The notes beneath the pieces are model-generated. The model was not told the origin of the DNA, searched no databases, and saw only the letters and a program-made list of their open reading frames with translations. Below, piece by piece: positions 18,504 through 28,859 of a DNA stretch of 64,000 nt. Source of the DNA: an uncultured Verrucomicrobiae bacterium (GTDB lineage: Bacteria > Verrucomicrobiota > Verrucomicrobiia > Chthoniobacterales > UBA10450); NCBI GenBank assembly GCA_963735805.1, contig CAVTMK010000004.1, forward strand, positions 192,001 to 256,000, given 5' to 3'. The stretch's first letter is position 1. The number at the start of each line of letters is the position of its first letter. Position numbers and translations under genes: made by a program.

Positions 18504-20765
18504 ATGCAGACAGGCTCTGTTCACATCTATGATTTCGCCGGGTTTCAGCTCGACACAGCGAAGCGACTCTTACGCCGAATGGATGGGACACCGGTTCCCC
18601 TCACACCGAGAGTGTTTGAAACGTTGCTGTATATGGTCGAGCACCGTGACGCCGTTCTCGACAAGGAACGGATCATGGAGGCGGTCTGGACCGATTCGAT
18701 TGTTGAGGAAAACAACCTGGCGCAAGCGATCTCGAAACTTCGACAGGTCTTCGGTGAAACCCCGGGTTCCCACAACTACATCGTCACCGTCCCGGGTCGG
18801 GGCTATCGATTTGTTGCCAAGGTTACTGAGCACTCGGCCGAGGCTGCTTCCGCAGCCGACGCAGAACACGCCCATGCCTTAACATCGTTTTCTAACGAGG
18901 CTGAAACCGGCGCAACGTCCGAGCGACATCCGTCAGGTGTGAAGAGGGCTTGGCTCGTGGCGGCTGCGGTTTCAGTTCTTGCCTTCACCGGGCTTGGTAC
19001 TTTCTTTTTTGTTCGCTATCGCACCGGGCCCGGTGCTGCCGGGGCGCCAACTTCGTCCGTCCCAGCGCGCGCAATTCCGTCTGTGCCGATGCTTATTCCT
19101 GAGAAGAGCGTCGCAGTATTGCCGTTTGATAATCTCAGCGATGATAAACAAAACGCCTTTTTCGCAGCCGGCGTCCAGGATGAAATTATCTCCGACCTCG
19201 CGAGAATCGCAGATCTGAAGGTCATCAGTCGTACATCTGCGAACCTTTACAAAAGCGGAAACCCGCGTAACTCGCGCGAGATCGGCCAGCAACTGGGTGT
19301 TGCCCACCTTTTGGAAGGTAACGTCCAGCGAATCGGCAACCGGCTCCGAGTTAACGCGCAACTGATCGACACGCGCACTGATACGCATTCGTGGGCACAA
19401 ACCTACGATCGAGATGTAGCCGACCTCTTTGCAGTTCAAAGCGACATCGCGCAGGCGATCGTCGGTCAACTACGCGCCAAAATCTCACCCGCGGAAAAAC
19501 GAGCCCTCGAACAGCCACCGACGGCCGACCTCACTGCTTTCGATGTTTACATCCGCGCGAAAAATCTTCTTCTATCGGTGAGCTTTAGTGCTGACACGAA
19601 AGACGATCTGCTACGGGCGGCCGACCTACTGAATCAGGCAGTGGCGCATGATCCATCGTTTTTCCATGCGTATTGCCAGCTCGCCGTAGCTCATGGTCTG
19701 CTTTATTTTTATGGCTATGACCACACGTCGGCGCGACTTGCACTGGTCGAAGCAGCCATCGGAACAGCCTCTCGTCTGCGTCCGGACGCAGGCGAAACGC
19801 ATCTCGCGCGCGCACAGAATCTTTACTGGGGATACCTCGATTACGCCGGCGCTCTGGCTGAATTGGAGATTGCCCGCCAAAGCCTGCCAAATGATTCGCA
19901 GATACTCGAGCTAACTGGTTATATTCATAGGAGGCAGGGACGCTGGGACGAGTCCATACGAAACCTGGAGCGGGCGCTTGAGCTCGACCCGCGCAACCTC
20001 GACACGCTTCAGCAGCTTGCGCTTAGTTACGGTGATCTGGCCCGCTACGCTGAAGAAAAATCGGTCCTAGATCGCGCCTTGGCTATCCAGCCGAACGACG
20101 CTGCCACCAAAGCCATGGACGCAGTGGTGGACTTGGACTGGAACGCCGATACGCGCGCCCTGCATGAGTTGATTAATGAAATACGGGCGAAAGAGCCTGC
20201 TGCATTGCAAAGCGTGGCTGACAGTTGGCTGATTTACGCGCTGGCAGAACGCGATCCCGCGGAGGCTTCCAATGCCTTGGAGGTGCTTGGTGAAAATGCT
20301 TTCGGTGACGGGCCGATTCAGTTCAGTCGTTCATTCCTGGAAGGTGTTATTGCTCGTATGATTAAAGATGAGAGAAAAGCGCAGTCGGCTTTTGTTGTCG
20401 CACGCGCGGAGCAAGAGAAAATCGTCCAAGCTCAACCAAACTATGGCCCGCCGTTAGTGGTGCTCGGGTTGATCGACGCTGCTCTTGGGCGGAAAGAAGA
20501 AGCGTTGCGTGAAGGCCAGCGAGCAGTTGAGCTTCTTCCAGTAAAAAAGGATGCGGTCAATGGCCGCATTATGATCGTATATTTTGCGATGATCGCGGCC
20601 TGGAGTGGCGACAAAGCTGCGGCTTGTGAGCAGCTGGCCGGGGCCGTTCGCTACACCAGTTCCCTTACCTATGGTCAATTGAAACTGATGCCGTGGTGGG
20701 ATCCGCTTCGCGGCGACCCGTGCTTCGAGCAAATTGTCGCCTCCCTGGCACCGCAAAAGAATTGA
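18504..20765 (+). CDS. Membrane-anchored regulator: OmpR/PhoB-type winged-HTH, TM, TolB-N-like domain and TPR repeats
   Basis: VEENNLAQAISKLR..YIVTVPGRGYRF; one TM; KSVAVLPFDNLS..LKVISRTS; TPRs; WDPLRGDPCF end. Confidence 0.88.
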   Translation: MQTGSVHIYDFAGFQLDTAKRLLRRMDGTPVPLTPRVFETLLYMVEHRDAVLDKERIMEAVWTDSIVEENNLAQAISKLRQVFGETPGSHNYIVTVPGRGYRFVAKVTEHSAEAASAADAEHAHALTSFSNEAETGATSERHPSGVKRAWLVAAAVSVLAFTGLGTFFFVRYRTGPGAAGAPTSSVPARAIPSVPMLIPEKSVAVLPFDNLSDDKQNAFFAAGVQDEIISDLARIADLKVISRTSANLYKSGNPRNSREIGQQLGVAHLLEGNVQRIGNRLRVNAQLIDTRTDTHSWAQTYDRDVADLFAVQSDIAQAIVGQLRAKISPAEKRALEQPPTADLTAFDVYIRAKNLLLSVSFSADTKDDLLRAADLLNQAVAHDPSFFHAYCQLAVAHGLLYFYGYDHTSARLALVEAAIGTASRLRPDAGETHLARAQNLYWGYLDYAGALAELEIARQSLPNDSQILELTGYIHRRQGRWDESIRNLERALELDPRNLDTLQQLALSYGDLARYAEEKSVLDRALAIQPNDAATKAMDAVVDLDWNADTRALHELINEIRAKEPAALQSVADSWLIYALAERDPAEASNALEVLGENAFGDGPIQFSRSFLEGVIARMIKDERKAQSAFVVARAEQEKIVQAQPNYGPPLVVLGLIDAALGRKEEALREGQRAVELLPVKKDAVNGRIMIVYFAMIAAWSGDKAAACEQLAGAVRYTSSLTYGQLKLMPWWDPLRGDPCFEQIVASLAPQKN

Positions 20766-20828
20766 CTACGAATGGACGTAATTCGCGCTTATTCGGACTG
20801 CGTGCGCTACCCCGGAGGTCGACGCAGT

Positions 20829-22025
20829 TCACAAATTCGCCGCGTGAGATGAGTAAGCGCCGGCGGCGGTTCGCACAGCGCTTTGACGCAGTTTTTCGAT
20901 GACCTTTGGGACGACTTCGATGGCACTCTCGATTTGGGCGTCAGTATTGAACCTGCCAAAAGAAAAACGCAGACTTCGCCGGGCGCCATCGGCATTCGGT
21001 TTCATCGCCCGCAGGACGTGCGAAGCCTCCTGTGAACCGGTCCTGCACGCCGAGCCAGCCGAACAACAAATACCTTGTCGATCCAACAGGAGAAGCGCTG
21101 CAGAGGATTCGATGTCTTCAAATGAAAGACTCGAGGTGTTTGAGAGCCGTGCTGTACCTGCACCGTTCACTGATACGCCGCTAACTGTTTCGAGCATCGA
21201 TTTCTCAAATCGATCGCGCATGGAGGGAATATGACATTTTCCTTCTGCGAGGTACTTCATTGCCATCTCGGCTGCTTTTCCAAGGCCAACTATCGATGCA
21301 ACGTTTTCCGTTCCGCCGCGCCGCGCGTTTTCCTGGGCGCCGCCGGCAATTAACGGAGTGAAGCGGGTTCGCGGGCTGACATAAAGCGCGCCTACCCCTT
21401 TCGGACCATGAAATTTGTGCGCGGAAAGAGAGAGGAAATTGATCGCCGTATCGCGCAGGCACATCGGGATTTTTCCGGTCGCTTGCACGGCATCCGTATG
21501 AAACATCACGCCTTTCTCGCGACAGATTTCAGCGGTTTTCTCGATCGGAAAGACAACGCCAGTCTCATTATTTGCCCACATGATCGAAACGAGCGCCGTT
21601 TCCGGACGAATGGCGGCTTCTAATTGGCCAGGGTCGAGATTGCCTTGGCTGTCTACGCCTAGAAATGTGACTGCACATTCTCGTTTCGCGAGATCCTGGC
21701 AGGGGCGCAGCACCGCGCTGTGTTCGACTGCGCTCGTGACTACATGTTTACAACGCGCCTCGACCTGAAGCGTCGAATTGATCACCGCATTATTGGATTC
21801 TGTACCGCCGCTTGTGAAAACAATTTCCGTGGGTTCACAGCCCAGCAACGCAGCGAGCCGTTCGCGCGCAAGATTGATGGCTTTTCTAGCTGTGGCTGCG
21901 AAACCGTATCCACTCGAAGGGTTACCGTAATACTTCGTTAAAAACGGAAGCATCTCCTCGATGACAGCGGGATCAAGCTGGGTGGTAGCGTTGTTGTCTA
22001 GATAGATAATTTCGCTTTCCGCCAT
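20829..22025 (-). CDS. Cysteine desulfurase (IscS/NifS family)
   Basis: IYLDNNATT, FTSGGTES, SAHKFHGPKG (PLP Lys), SAGSAC catalytic Cys. Confidence 0.95.
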   Translation of the reverse strand: MAESEIIYLDNNATTQLDPAVIEEMLPFLTKYYGNPSSGYGFAATARKAINLARERLAALLGCEPTEIVFTSGGTESNNAVINSTLQVEARCKHVVTSAVEHSAVLRPCQDLAKRECAVTFLGVDSQGNLDPGQLEAAIRPETALVSIMWANNETGVVFPIEKTAEICREKGVMFHTDAVQATGKIPMCLRDTAINFLSLSAHKFHGPKGVGALYVSPRTRFTPLIAGGAQENARRGGTENVASIVGLGKAAEMAMKYLAEGKCHIPSMRDRFEKSMLETVSGVSVNGAGTARLSNTSSLSFEDIESSAALLLLDRQGICCSAGSACRTGSQEASHVLRAMKPNADGARRSLRFSFGRFNTDAQIESAIEVVPKVIEKLRQSAVRTAAGAYSSHAANL

Positions 22026-22082
22026 TGCTGACATTGTAGCCGATGGACCATTCGCGCCACAACCTTAATGGAGTTGTCATCC

Positions 22083-22111
22083 CTCCATTACTCCACTACT
22101 CCATTATTCCA
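22083..22111. repeat. Octamer tandem repeat
   Basis: CTCCATTA CTCCACTA CTCCATTA TTCCA directly before the hisC ATG. Confidence 0.7.
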
Positions 22112-23208
22112 TGATTTCGATCTGGGAGCTGGCGAACCCGCAATTGCGCGGGATCACGGTCTATCAGCCGGGAAAACCGATCGAGGAAACGGCTCGCGAA
22201 CTGGGCCTTGATCCAGATGCAATCGTCAAGCTGGCTTCGAACGAGAATCCGTTGGGTCCGTCTCCCAGGGCTATGGAGGCGATGCATGGCGCATTGGAAA
22301 AAGGTCACCTTTATCCGGATGGCGGTGGATTTTGTCTGTGCAAAGCAATCGCAACCAAACTCGGCCTCGCTTCGGAGAACGTCATTCTCGGCAATGGTTC
22401 AAATGAAGTTCTCGAGTTTCTTGGTCACGCCTTTCTCAATCCCGGCGATGAGGTCATCACATCGCAGTATGCATTCATCGTTTATAAATTGATCGCGACC
22501 TCTTTTGGCGCGCGCACAGTCGAAGTGCTCAGCCCGGATTATCAGCAGGACCTGGGCGGAATGCTGGCTGCGATCACGCCGAAAACCCGGCTCATTTTTG
22601 TCCCCAATCCAAATAATCCAACCGGGACATTGCTTTCGCAGCAGGCGATCGACGATTTCATGTCGCATATTACTGACAACGTAATTGTCGTTTTCGACGA
22701 AGCCTATTTCGAATTTCTCGATGATGCGCCTGATACCCTGCAGTTCGTTCGCGAAGGACGGAACATTGTGGTTCTGCGCACGTTTTCGAAAATTCACGGC
22801 CTGGCCGGCTTGCGCATCGGGTATGCCGTTGCATCCGCCGATCTGGTTCAAGTCCTTCACAAAACAAGGCAGCCGTTTAACGTAAACAGCATTGCACAGG
22901 TTGGCGCAATCGCAGCGCTCGGGGATGGCGAGCATCTACGCGAAACAAAGCAGGCAGTCGATGAAGGCCGCGCTTATTTGCAGGAACAATTTACCAAAAT
23001 GAAAATTTCATTTGTTCCCGGGACGGCGAACTTTGTGATGGTAAACGTTGACGACGGGCATGCGATCTTCGAGAAACTGCTGAGACAGGGCATCATCGTA
23101 CGCCCGCTTAAGGGGTACAAGTTGCCTGAATGGATCCGCATTTCCGTTGGTACAATGGAGCAGAACGAGAAACTTATCGCAGCGTTGAAGAAAGTGATGC
23201 GCGGCTAG
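22111..23208 (+). CDS. hisC: Histidinol-phosphate aminotransferase
   Basis: YQPGKP, KLASNENP, NPNNPTG, DEAY, RTFSKIHGLAGLRIGY. Confidence 0.95.
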   Translation: MISIWELANPQLRGITVYQPGKPIEETARELGLDPDAIVKLASNENPLGPSPRAMEAMHGALEKGHLYPDGGGFCLCKAIATKLGLASENVILGNGSNEVLEFLGHAFLNPGDEVITSQYAFIVYKLIATSFGARTVEVLSPDYQQDLGGMLAAITPKTRLIFVPNPNNPTGTLLSQQAIDDFMSHITDNVIVVFDEAYFEFLDDAPDTLQFVREGRNIVVLRTFSKIHGLAGLRIGYAVASADLVQVLHKTRQPFNVNSIAQVGAIAALGDGEHLRETKQAVDEGRAYLQEQFTKMKISFVPGTANFVMVNVDDGHAIFEKLLRQGIIVRPLKGYKLPEWIRISVGTMEQNEKLIAALKKVMRG

Positions 23209-23339
23209 TAAGCAGGCAGGAGAATCTCGATCGGGAAACGGGTGTAATCCCAAGCCACAATCGCATTGGGCGTCGCGAGTATGGATGATAACTGTCGGAT
23301 TTGGCAACCCAAACGGTTGCCCTAGAATTGGTTGGACTC

Positions 23340-24683
23340 ATGACCGTTTCTGACACTATCGCTGCCATCTCAACTCCCCCCGGAGAAGGCGCTTTAGCGC
23401 TTGTCCGCGTCTCGGGTATAAAGGCGATCCCGGTCGCAGACAAAATCTTCCATGGCAAGAAGATGCCTTCGCAATTTGAATCACACGTACAGCATTTTGG
23501 CGAGATTCTTGGCTCAGAAGGTCGATTGATCGATGAAGTAGTGCTTTCCGTCCACCGCGCGCCGGCCAGCTACACGGGAGAGGATTTGGTCGAGATCAGT
23601 TGCCACGGAGGAATGCTGGTTTCTGCAAAGGTTCTTGAAGCGTGCTTGCGTGCCGGTGCGCGCGCCGCGCGTCCTGGCGAATTCACCGAGCGCGCCTTTC
23701 TCAACGGCAAAATGGACCTCACGCAAGCCGAGGCGGTAATTGATCTGATCCGCGCGAAAACCGATCTCGCTCTTCGCTCGGCCACTGAACAGCTCGAAGG
23801 CAGGCTTGGACAACAAATCAGGAAAATTCGTGATGAGCTGATCGAACTGCTCGCACACATTAATGCGTCAATCGACTTTCCTGAGGAGGGGATCACGCCA
23901 GATGAAGGTGAAACACTGGGCGCGCGACTCGATTCCATTCGCGAAGAAATCACGAGGTGGGTTGCTACAGCTGAGCAAGGACGCATTCTGCGTGAAGGTG
24001 TACGCGTCGTCATTTATGGCGCCACGAATGCTGGGAAATCGAGCTTGCTCAACCGACTCCTCGGTTATGATCGCGTCATTGTGAGCGATACGCACGGCAC
24101 GACGCGGGACACCATCGAAGAGACCGTCAATCTGGACGGCGTTCCTATTCGTTTGCTTGATACAGCTGGTTTAAGAACGTCGACGAGCGAACTGGAGCGC
24201 GAGGGCATCTCGCGGACGGAGAAGTCGCTGCAATTTGCGGATCTGCGGCTCCACATTGCAGATCGTAGTATTCCGAAACCTTCGCATTTCGAAGGCCTCA
24301 TCTTTGATTCCAACGAAATTGTGATCTTAAACAAGAGCGACCTGCCTGAGAACGATGACTGGAGAGACTTCCATGCGTTGCGAATTTCCTGTCTCACGGG
24401 GGAAGGCTTTCCGGAGTTGCAAAGCGAGGTTTTGACCCGTATCACGAAGCAAAATCTAAGGCCGGAGAACACGCTCGCGATTAATGCACGCCATCGCGAT
24501 TGTTTGCGTCGCGCTCTGGAATCATGCGATCGGGCCGCGGCAGAACAGGCCCACGGGTTGTCGCCGGAATACGCTGCGATTCATCTCAATGAAGCATTGG
24601 GTGCAGTCGGCGAAGTAATCGGTGTTGTCGATGTGGAACAGATTCTCGACACTGTCTTCAGCCAGTTTTGTATCGGGAAATGA
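23340..24683 (+). CDS. mnmE: tRNA modification GTPase MnmE (TrmE)
   Basis: DTIAAISTP, SYTGED, GEFTERAFLNGK, NAGKSS, GTTRD, DTAG, terminal FCIGK. Confidence 0.97.
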   Translation: MTVSDTIAAISTPPGEGALALVRVSGIKAIPVADKIFHGKKMPSQFESHVQHFGEILGSEGRLIDEVVLSVHRAPASYTGEDLVEISCHGGMLVSAKVLEACLRAGARAARPGEFTERAFLNGKMDLTQAEAVIDLIRAKTDLALRSATEQLEGRLGQQIRKIRDELIELLAHINASIDFPEEGITPDEGETLGARLDSIREEITRWVATAEQGRILREGVRVVIYGATNAGKSSLLNRLLGYDRVIVSDTHGTTRDTIEETVNLDGVPIRLLDTAGLRTSTSELEREGISRTEKSLQFADLRLHIADRSIPKPSHFEGLIFDSNEIVILNKSDLPENDDWRDFHALRISCLTGEGFPELQSEVLTRITKQNLRPENTLAINARHRDCLRRALESCDRAAAEQAHGLSPEYAAIHLNEALGAVGEVIGVVDVEQILDTVFSQFCIGK

Positions 24684-24710
24684 GAACTGCGCTCTGAAGG
24701 GGCAGTTGAC

Positions 24711-25721
24711 ATGAAGAATTTCTACGAACAACTCGTTAGGCCTTTGCTGTTTCTGCTTGACGCGGAGACCGCACATCATTTCGCGATCGCATCGCTTCGC
24801 ACGGCTTCGCATTTTGTTCCTGCGTTGCGCGCACTAAAACGATTCACGCCGCCGTCGAAACCAAAAACTCTGTTTGGCGTGACCTTTCCGAATCCAATCG
24901 GCCTCGCCGCCGGGCTGGACAAAAACGGCGTCGCCTTGCCGGCATGGGCGGCGTTTGGGTTTGGTTACATTGAAATTGGGACCGTGACCGCGATCGCTCA
25001 ACCAGGAAATCCCAGGCCCCGCATCTTTCGACTGCCTGAACAAGAAGCACTGATTAATCGCCTCGGATTTAACAACGATGGTGCCGATGCCGTCGCGAAA
25101 CGGTTGCGCGGCCTGCGCGAGAGCGGGCGATGGCCTGCAATTCCAGTCGGAATTAATATTGGCAAATCGAGAGCGACTCCTTTTGAACGCGCGACCGACG
25201 ACTACCTGTACTCGTTTCGATTGCTCCGCGACTTTGCTGATTACGTGACATTAAATGTGAGTTCGCCTAACACTCCCGGCCTAAGGGAACTGCAGGAACC
25301 GACAGCGCTATCACGATTGCTGCACGCGATCGGAAGCGAACCGGGGCCGGTCGCGAAACCGCTCGTTGTAAAGATTTCGCCTGATCTATCGCCGCTGGAA
25401 TTAGAAGCGGTCCTTGCGGTATGCGAAGAAAGCGGCGTGTCGGCGATTATCGCGACGAACACGACGCTCGATCATTCCTTGATTCCATCGGAACTAGACG
25501 AGCAAGGTGGTTTGAGTGGTGCACCGCTCCGGGAGAGATCGACCGCTTTGGTGCGCAACATTGCTGCAAACTCCAAAATTCCTGTGATCGCGTCCGGCGG
25601 AATCTGCGACGTCGAATCCGCTCGCGAAAAATTTGATGCGGGCGCGAAGCTTGTTCAGCTGTACACCGGATTCGTTTATCACGGTCCGGGACTTCTTCGC
25701 GAAATCATGAAGAAATTGTAG
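24711..25721 (+). CDS. pyrD: Quinone-dependent dihydroorotate dehydrogenase (class 2)
   Basis: GLAAGLDK, INRLGFNN, NVSSPNTPGLR, GGLSG, VQLYTG. Confidence 0.96.
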   Translation: MKNFYEQLVRPLLFLLDAETAHHFAIASLRTASHFVPALRALKRFTPPSKPKTLFGVTFPNPIGLAAGLDKNGVALPAWAAFGFGYIEIGTVTAIAQPGNPRPRIFRLPEQEALINRLGFNNDGADAVAKRLRGLRESGRWPAIPVGINIGKSRATPFERATDDYLYSFRLLRDFADYVTLNVSSPNTPGLRELQEPTALSRLLHAIGSEPGPVAKPLVVKISPDLSPLELEAVLAVCEESGVSAIIATNTTLDHSLIPSELDEQGGLSGAPLRERSTALVRNIAANSKIPVIASGGICDVESAREKFDAGAKLVQLYTGFVYHGPGLLREIMKKL

Positions 25722-25776
25722 GGCGTGCGGATCGCCCGCTTTCACTATGGTTGGCAACCGGAGCAGTTGCCCTACA
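25717..25776. repeat. REP/REPIN-like element
   Basis: TGTAGGGC...GCCCTACA inverted ends with internal hairpins; the left end supplies the pyrD TAG stop. Confidence 0.55.
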
Positions 25777-25793
25777 GTTGATCGATTTTTGAA

Positions 25794-26492
25794 ATGAAAT
25801 TTTCCCGAAAAATTCTCAAATTTGCCAAACCACTGAGCTACCGCCGCGGCTGGCGCAGAGCGCAACGCTCGATTTTTCGCATTCCGCTTCAGCCAATGCT
25901 GGCGAAAATAGATCAGGCACGCGCCCGGGAAATTCAGCAGCGCTACGCAAATTCCACTGCCGGATACGCCAAATACGCAAACATCGAACCGTGGTTGCGA
26001 TTAAATAGGGAACGCGCGCAGGATTTGAAACTGCATCGTTCAGAGCCGAAACGCGTGCTCGATCTCGGTTGCGGCGGCGGATTTTTCTTATTCATCGCCA
26101 GAAACCTCGGTCATTCCGTTCTGGGCGTGGACATCGAGCACATCGCTCTTTTTACCGAACTGCTCGAGTTATTCGAAGTTCCGCGCGTAGTTTGGAGGAT
26201 CAGCGCGTTTGAACCATTGCCTGACCTTGGCCAAAAATTTGATTGGATCACCGCGTTTTCCACCAACTTCTATCTTTACCATCCGTCGAAGCAACGCTGG
26301 GGGACAGCTGAGTGGGATTTTTTCCTGGACGATTTACGGCAGCAACTCGCCCCGGGCGGCAAGGTTTTCTTTGGACTGAATCCTCTCTATAACGGCGAGT
26401 ATTACACGCCGGAACTACGCGACCTTTTCATTAGCCGTGGCGCCGATGTGGAGCGCGAACGAATTTTCTTTCCGAACGGAGTACGTTTCTAG
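25794..26492 (+). CDS. Class I SAM-dependent methyltransferase
   Basis: VLDLGCGGG motif I, FDWIT, LAPGG. Confidence 0.85.
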   Translation: MKFSRKILKFAKPLSYRRGWRRAQRSIFRIPLQPMLAKIDQARAREIQQRYANSTAGYAKYANIEPWLRLNRERAQDLKLHRSEPKRVLDLGCGGGFFLFIARNLGHSVLGVDIEHIALFTELLELFEVPRVVWRISAFEPLPDLGQKFDWITAFSTNFYLYHPSKQRWGTAEWDFFLDDLRQQLAPGGKVFFGLNPLYNGEYYTPELRDLFISRGADVERERIFFPNGVRF

Positions 26493-26503
26493 TGCGTGGC
26501 TAC

Positions 26504-26923
26504 CTAGGGACTGGCGGACGGTTCGGGTGCGGACTCGTGAGGGCCGTGACGGTGGCGCAATCGCCGGTGCCGCTCTTCGATCTGTTGTAGTTTTTGCCGT
26601 TGTTCGTCGGTGAGATTCACCGCGATTTCCTTATGCGCTTCCGTCATGATCTTATGCACGCGTCGGCCAGTGTCGCGTCGAATTTCTCGAAGCTGCGCAG
26701 CCGTTTCATCGACAATTGGCGAAATCTTTGCCACTTGTTCAGGTGTCAGCCTGAGCTCCGTGCGAAGGCGTTCTTTCATTCTATCGCCCACTCGTCCCGG
26801 ACGATGATTCTCAAAGAAAAGATGCCGAGCGTAAAATCCGCCCAGAGCGGCGCCAGCGATTCCACCGGCGACGAATACAAGGACAAATCCAGCAACAAGT
26901 TTCCATTTCAACGCGCCGTTCAT
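26504..26923 (-). CDS. Membrane-anchored periplasmic helical protein (Spy/CpxP/heavy-metal-sensor-like)
   Basis: N-terminal TM, LTPEQ and LTDEQ motifs, His-rich end; ATGA overlap with the upstream gene. Confidence 0.7.
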   Translation of the reverse strand: MNGALKWKLVAGFVLVFVAGGIAGAALGGFYARHLFFENHRPGRVGDRMKERLRTELRLTPEQVAKISPIVDETAAQLREIRRDTGRRVHKIMTEAHKEIAVNLTDEQRQKLQQIEERHRRLRHRHGPHESAPEPSASP

Positions 26924-27219
26924 TGTGAAAACTCGTCCTGAATGGCCGTGTCGGCGATAGCGAACTCGTTAGTCAAGTCGTTGTACTGTTCCCGGGTCTG
27001 TCTGATTTCGCGAACAGCTGCCAATGTCGAAATAGCGATCACTGCGGCCGATAAAATCGCAACGCGGCGGAGCAGCGACGCAATAGCGTTCGGCTTCGTC
27101 GCGAAACCACGCCAGAGCGCCACGACGCGGGTATCGAATCCAAACGGCATTTCAACCGGAACCTCCTCGCTCGCCTGCGCGGCTGATTGCAACAACCGAT
27201 CGATTTCTCGATTCTTCAT
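26920..27219 (-). CDS. Putative single-TM anti-sigma factor
   Basis: Small protein with PFGFDTRV and one TM, coupled by ATGA overlap to an ECF sigma gene. Confidence 0.65.
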   Translation of the reverse strand: MKNREIDRLLQSAAQASEEVPVEMPFGFDTRVVALWRGFATKPNAIASLLRRVAILSAAVIAISTLAAVREIRQTREQYNDLTNEFAIADTAIQDEFSQ

Positions 27220-27797
27220 ACTTCTTCCTTGGCCGAAATCCTGGCGAGCTGTTCTTTCATTTTTTGTCGTGCTCGAAACGCCCGCACTTTAACGAGCGCC
27301 GCGCTCCAGCCTGTGATTTTGCGGATTTCTTCAACTGAACGTCCTTGCAAGTATAGCAAATCGATGGCGAGCCGTTCGACTGGTTTGAGCGCAGCCAGAA
27401 GATGCTCAACCAGTTGGCGCGAGGCCAAACTCTGGTCAGGGGCCAACTCGTCGGCGGAAGTTGTGAGGTTTTCAATCACGGTCTGTTCTTCCACGCTCAA
27501 ATCCGCGTGACGAAGCTCGGGTCGTATTTTCTCCCACTGAATCTGGTTCAGGCAAGTATTGACTGCGATCCGTGAGACCCAGTGCTCCAGCGGCACTTTA
27601 CCGGAAAATTGCGATAATTTTTGGAATACTTTGATGAAAATCATTTGGCAAAGGTCCTCTTCATCCGTTCGATGCGGGCGATGAGAGCGGACGATTTTGG
27701 CCACGAGCGGATAGAGCTGGCGCACCAGTACACGAGCCGCCTCATCGTCATGCTGAAGCGCAGCATGAACAAGCGCACTTGCATCAGTATCATCCAT
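27216..27797 (-). CDS. ECF RNA polymerase sigma factor
   Basis: EDLCQMIFIK, WVSRIAVNTC region 2; SVEEI...VKVRAFRAR region 4. Confidence 0.93.
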   Translation of the reverse strand: MDDTDASALVHAALQHDDEAARVLVRQLYPLVAKIVRSHRPHRTDEEDLCQMIFIKVFQKLSQFSGKVPLEHWVSRIAVNTCLNQIQWEKIRPELRHADLSVEEQTVIENLTTSADELAPDQSLASRQLVEHLLAALKPVERLAIDLLYLQGRSVEEIRKITGWSAALVKVRAFRARQKMKEQLARISAKEEV

Positions 27798-27828
27798 GTA
27801 ATCGAGAGCGCATCCACACCAGTAGCAA

Positions 27829-27856
27829 TGACCGCTACCGTAGCGCTTTGGTTACA
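27829..27856 (-). promoter_or_regulatory. ECF-type promoter of the sigma operon
   Basis: TGTAACC-N17-GTCA on the minus strand. Confidence 0.65.
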
Positions 27857-27924
27857 ATTTTGGATGTAGAAGCGCTTGTGCCAAGCCCCTGTCGACCTTT
27901 GCAACGAGCCAGCACAAGAAAAAT

Positions 27925-27952
27925 TGTAACCAGCAAGCCGGCCTGCCAGTCA
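27925..27952 (+). promoter_or_regulatory. ECF-type promoter of the Spy-like gene
   Basis: TGTAACC-N17-GTCA on the plus strand, same spacing as the divergent copy. Confidence 0.65.
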
Positions 27953-27990
27953 TGAGTTGGAGAAGCGAAACAACATTTCGCGAAGTCTAA

Positions 27991-28380
27991 ATGAAACAAA
28001 CCATGAAAAGAAACATACTAACGTTTGTGGCCGCGGGTGCGATAGCGCTTGGCGGCTTTGTCGTTGTGCAGGCGCAACCCGGTCCTAATGGGTCTGGGGA
28101 GCACGGGCACGCGTTTGGCCTGCGGGGAATTACCAAGCAGTTGAACCTGACCTCTGATCAGGAGACAAAGGTTCAGCCGATTCTCGATGCGGCCAAGCCG
28201 CAACTCGCTGCCATTCATCAGGAGGCGATGCAGAAAGCAAAAGGAGTCATCGACAGCTCGTTGACGCAGATTCGGCCGTTGCTGACGGCTGATCAGCAGA
28301 AGAAGCTGGATGCCATCCAAAAGGCGCATCAAGACATGATGAACGCTCACAAGGAGCTTCACGACGCAATGCAGCAATAA
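27991..28380 (+). CDS. Spy/CpxP-like periplasmic protein (LTXXQ motifs)
   Basis: Signal peptide, LTSDQ and LTADQ; start may be 28003. Confidence 0.75.
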   Translation: MKQTMKRNILTFVAAGAIALGGFVVVQAQPGPNGSGEHGHAFGLRGITKQLNLTSDQETKVQPILDAAKPQLAAIHQEAMQKAKGVIDSSLTQIRPLLTADQQKKLDAIQKAHQDMMNAHKELHDAMQQ

Positions 28381-28405
28381 CTTAATTGTTCAGAGCGGTG
28401 GGGAC

Positions 28406-28439
28406 GGCGGCGATCTGAGTAGGATCGCCGCCACTTTTT
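28406..28439 (+). terminator. Intrinsic terminator
   Basis: GGCGGCGATC/GATCGCCGCC stem followed by ACTTTTT. Confidence 0.75.
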
Positions 28440-28581
28440 CCGTCGCGAAGCGATCGTTAAGAAAGTTACAAGGTTAAACGGCAGACTCTCGATTTTGTTC
28501 TTTGGCAGGTCTCGTAGCAATCGGTATGCTTGATCCCCGAACCGCTGTTGAAGATAACGACTAGGTCGCAGGTGATACTTC

Positions 28582-28791
28582 TCAGCTCTGTTTTCTTGCC
28601 AAGGAGAACAAAAACAGAAGGATCCCCAACCCTGCGAAAACCGCAGCTGCGACGAACCCTGTCGTCGAAATTTCAGCGCGTGACTGAAAACTCGATTTAA
28701 AGTGAGCCGCCGTGCCGATCAAGAAAAACAGAAATCCCAGGCAGATAAGGATCAGACTGATTGCCTTTTGGTCATCGGACGAAATTTTCAT
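28582..28791 (-). CDS. Small two-TM hypothetical membrane protein
   Basis: Two hydrophobic helices; fills an otherwise empty gap. Confidence 0.5.
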   Translation of the reverse strand: MKISSDDQKAISLILICLGFLFFLIGTAAHFKSSFQSRAEISTTGFVAAAVFAGLGILLFLFSLARKQS

Positions 28792-28859
28792 TTGGTGGTG
28801 AGCAATCAAATATAAGATGGAGCTTAAAATCAAGTGCACTCTTTAAATAGAAAGCATTA

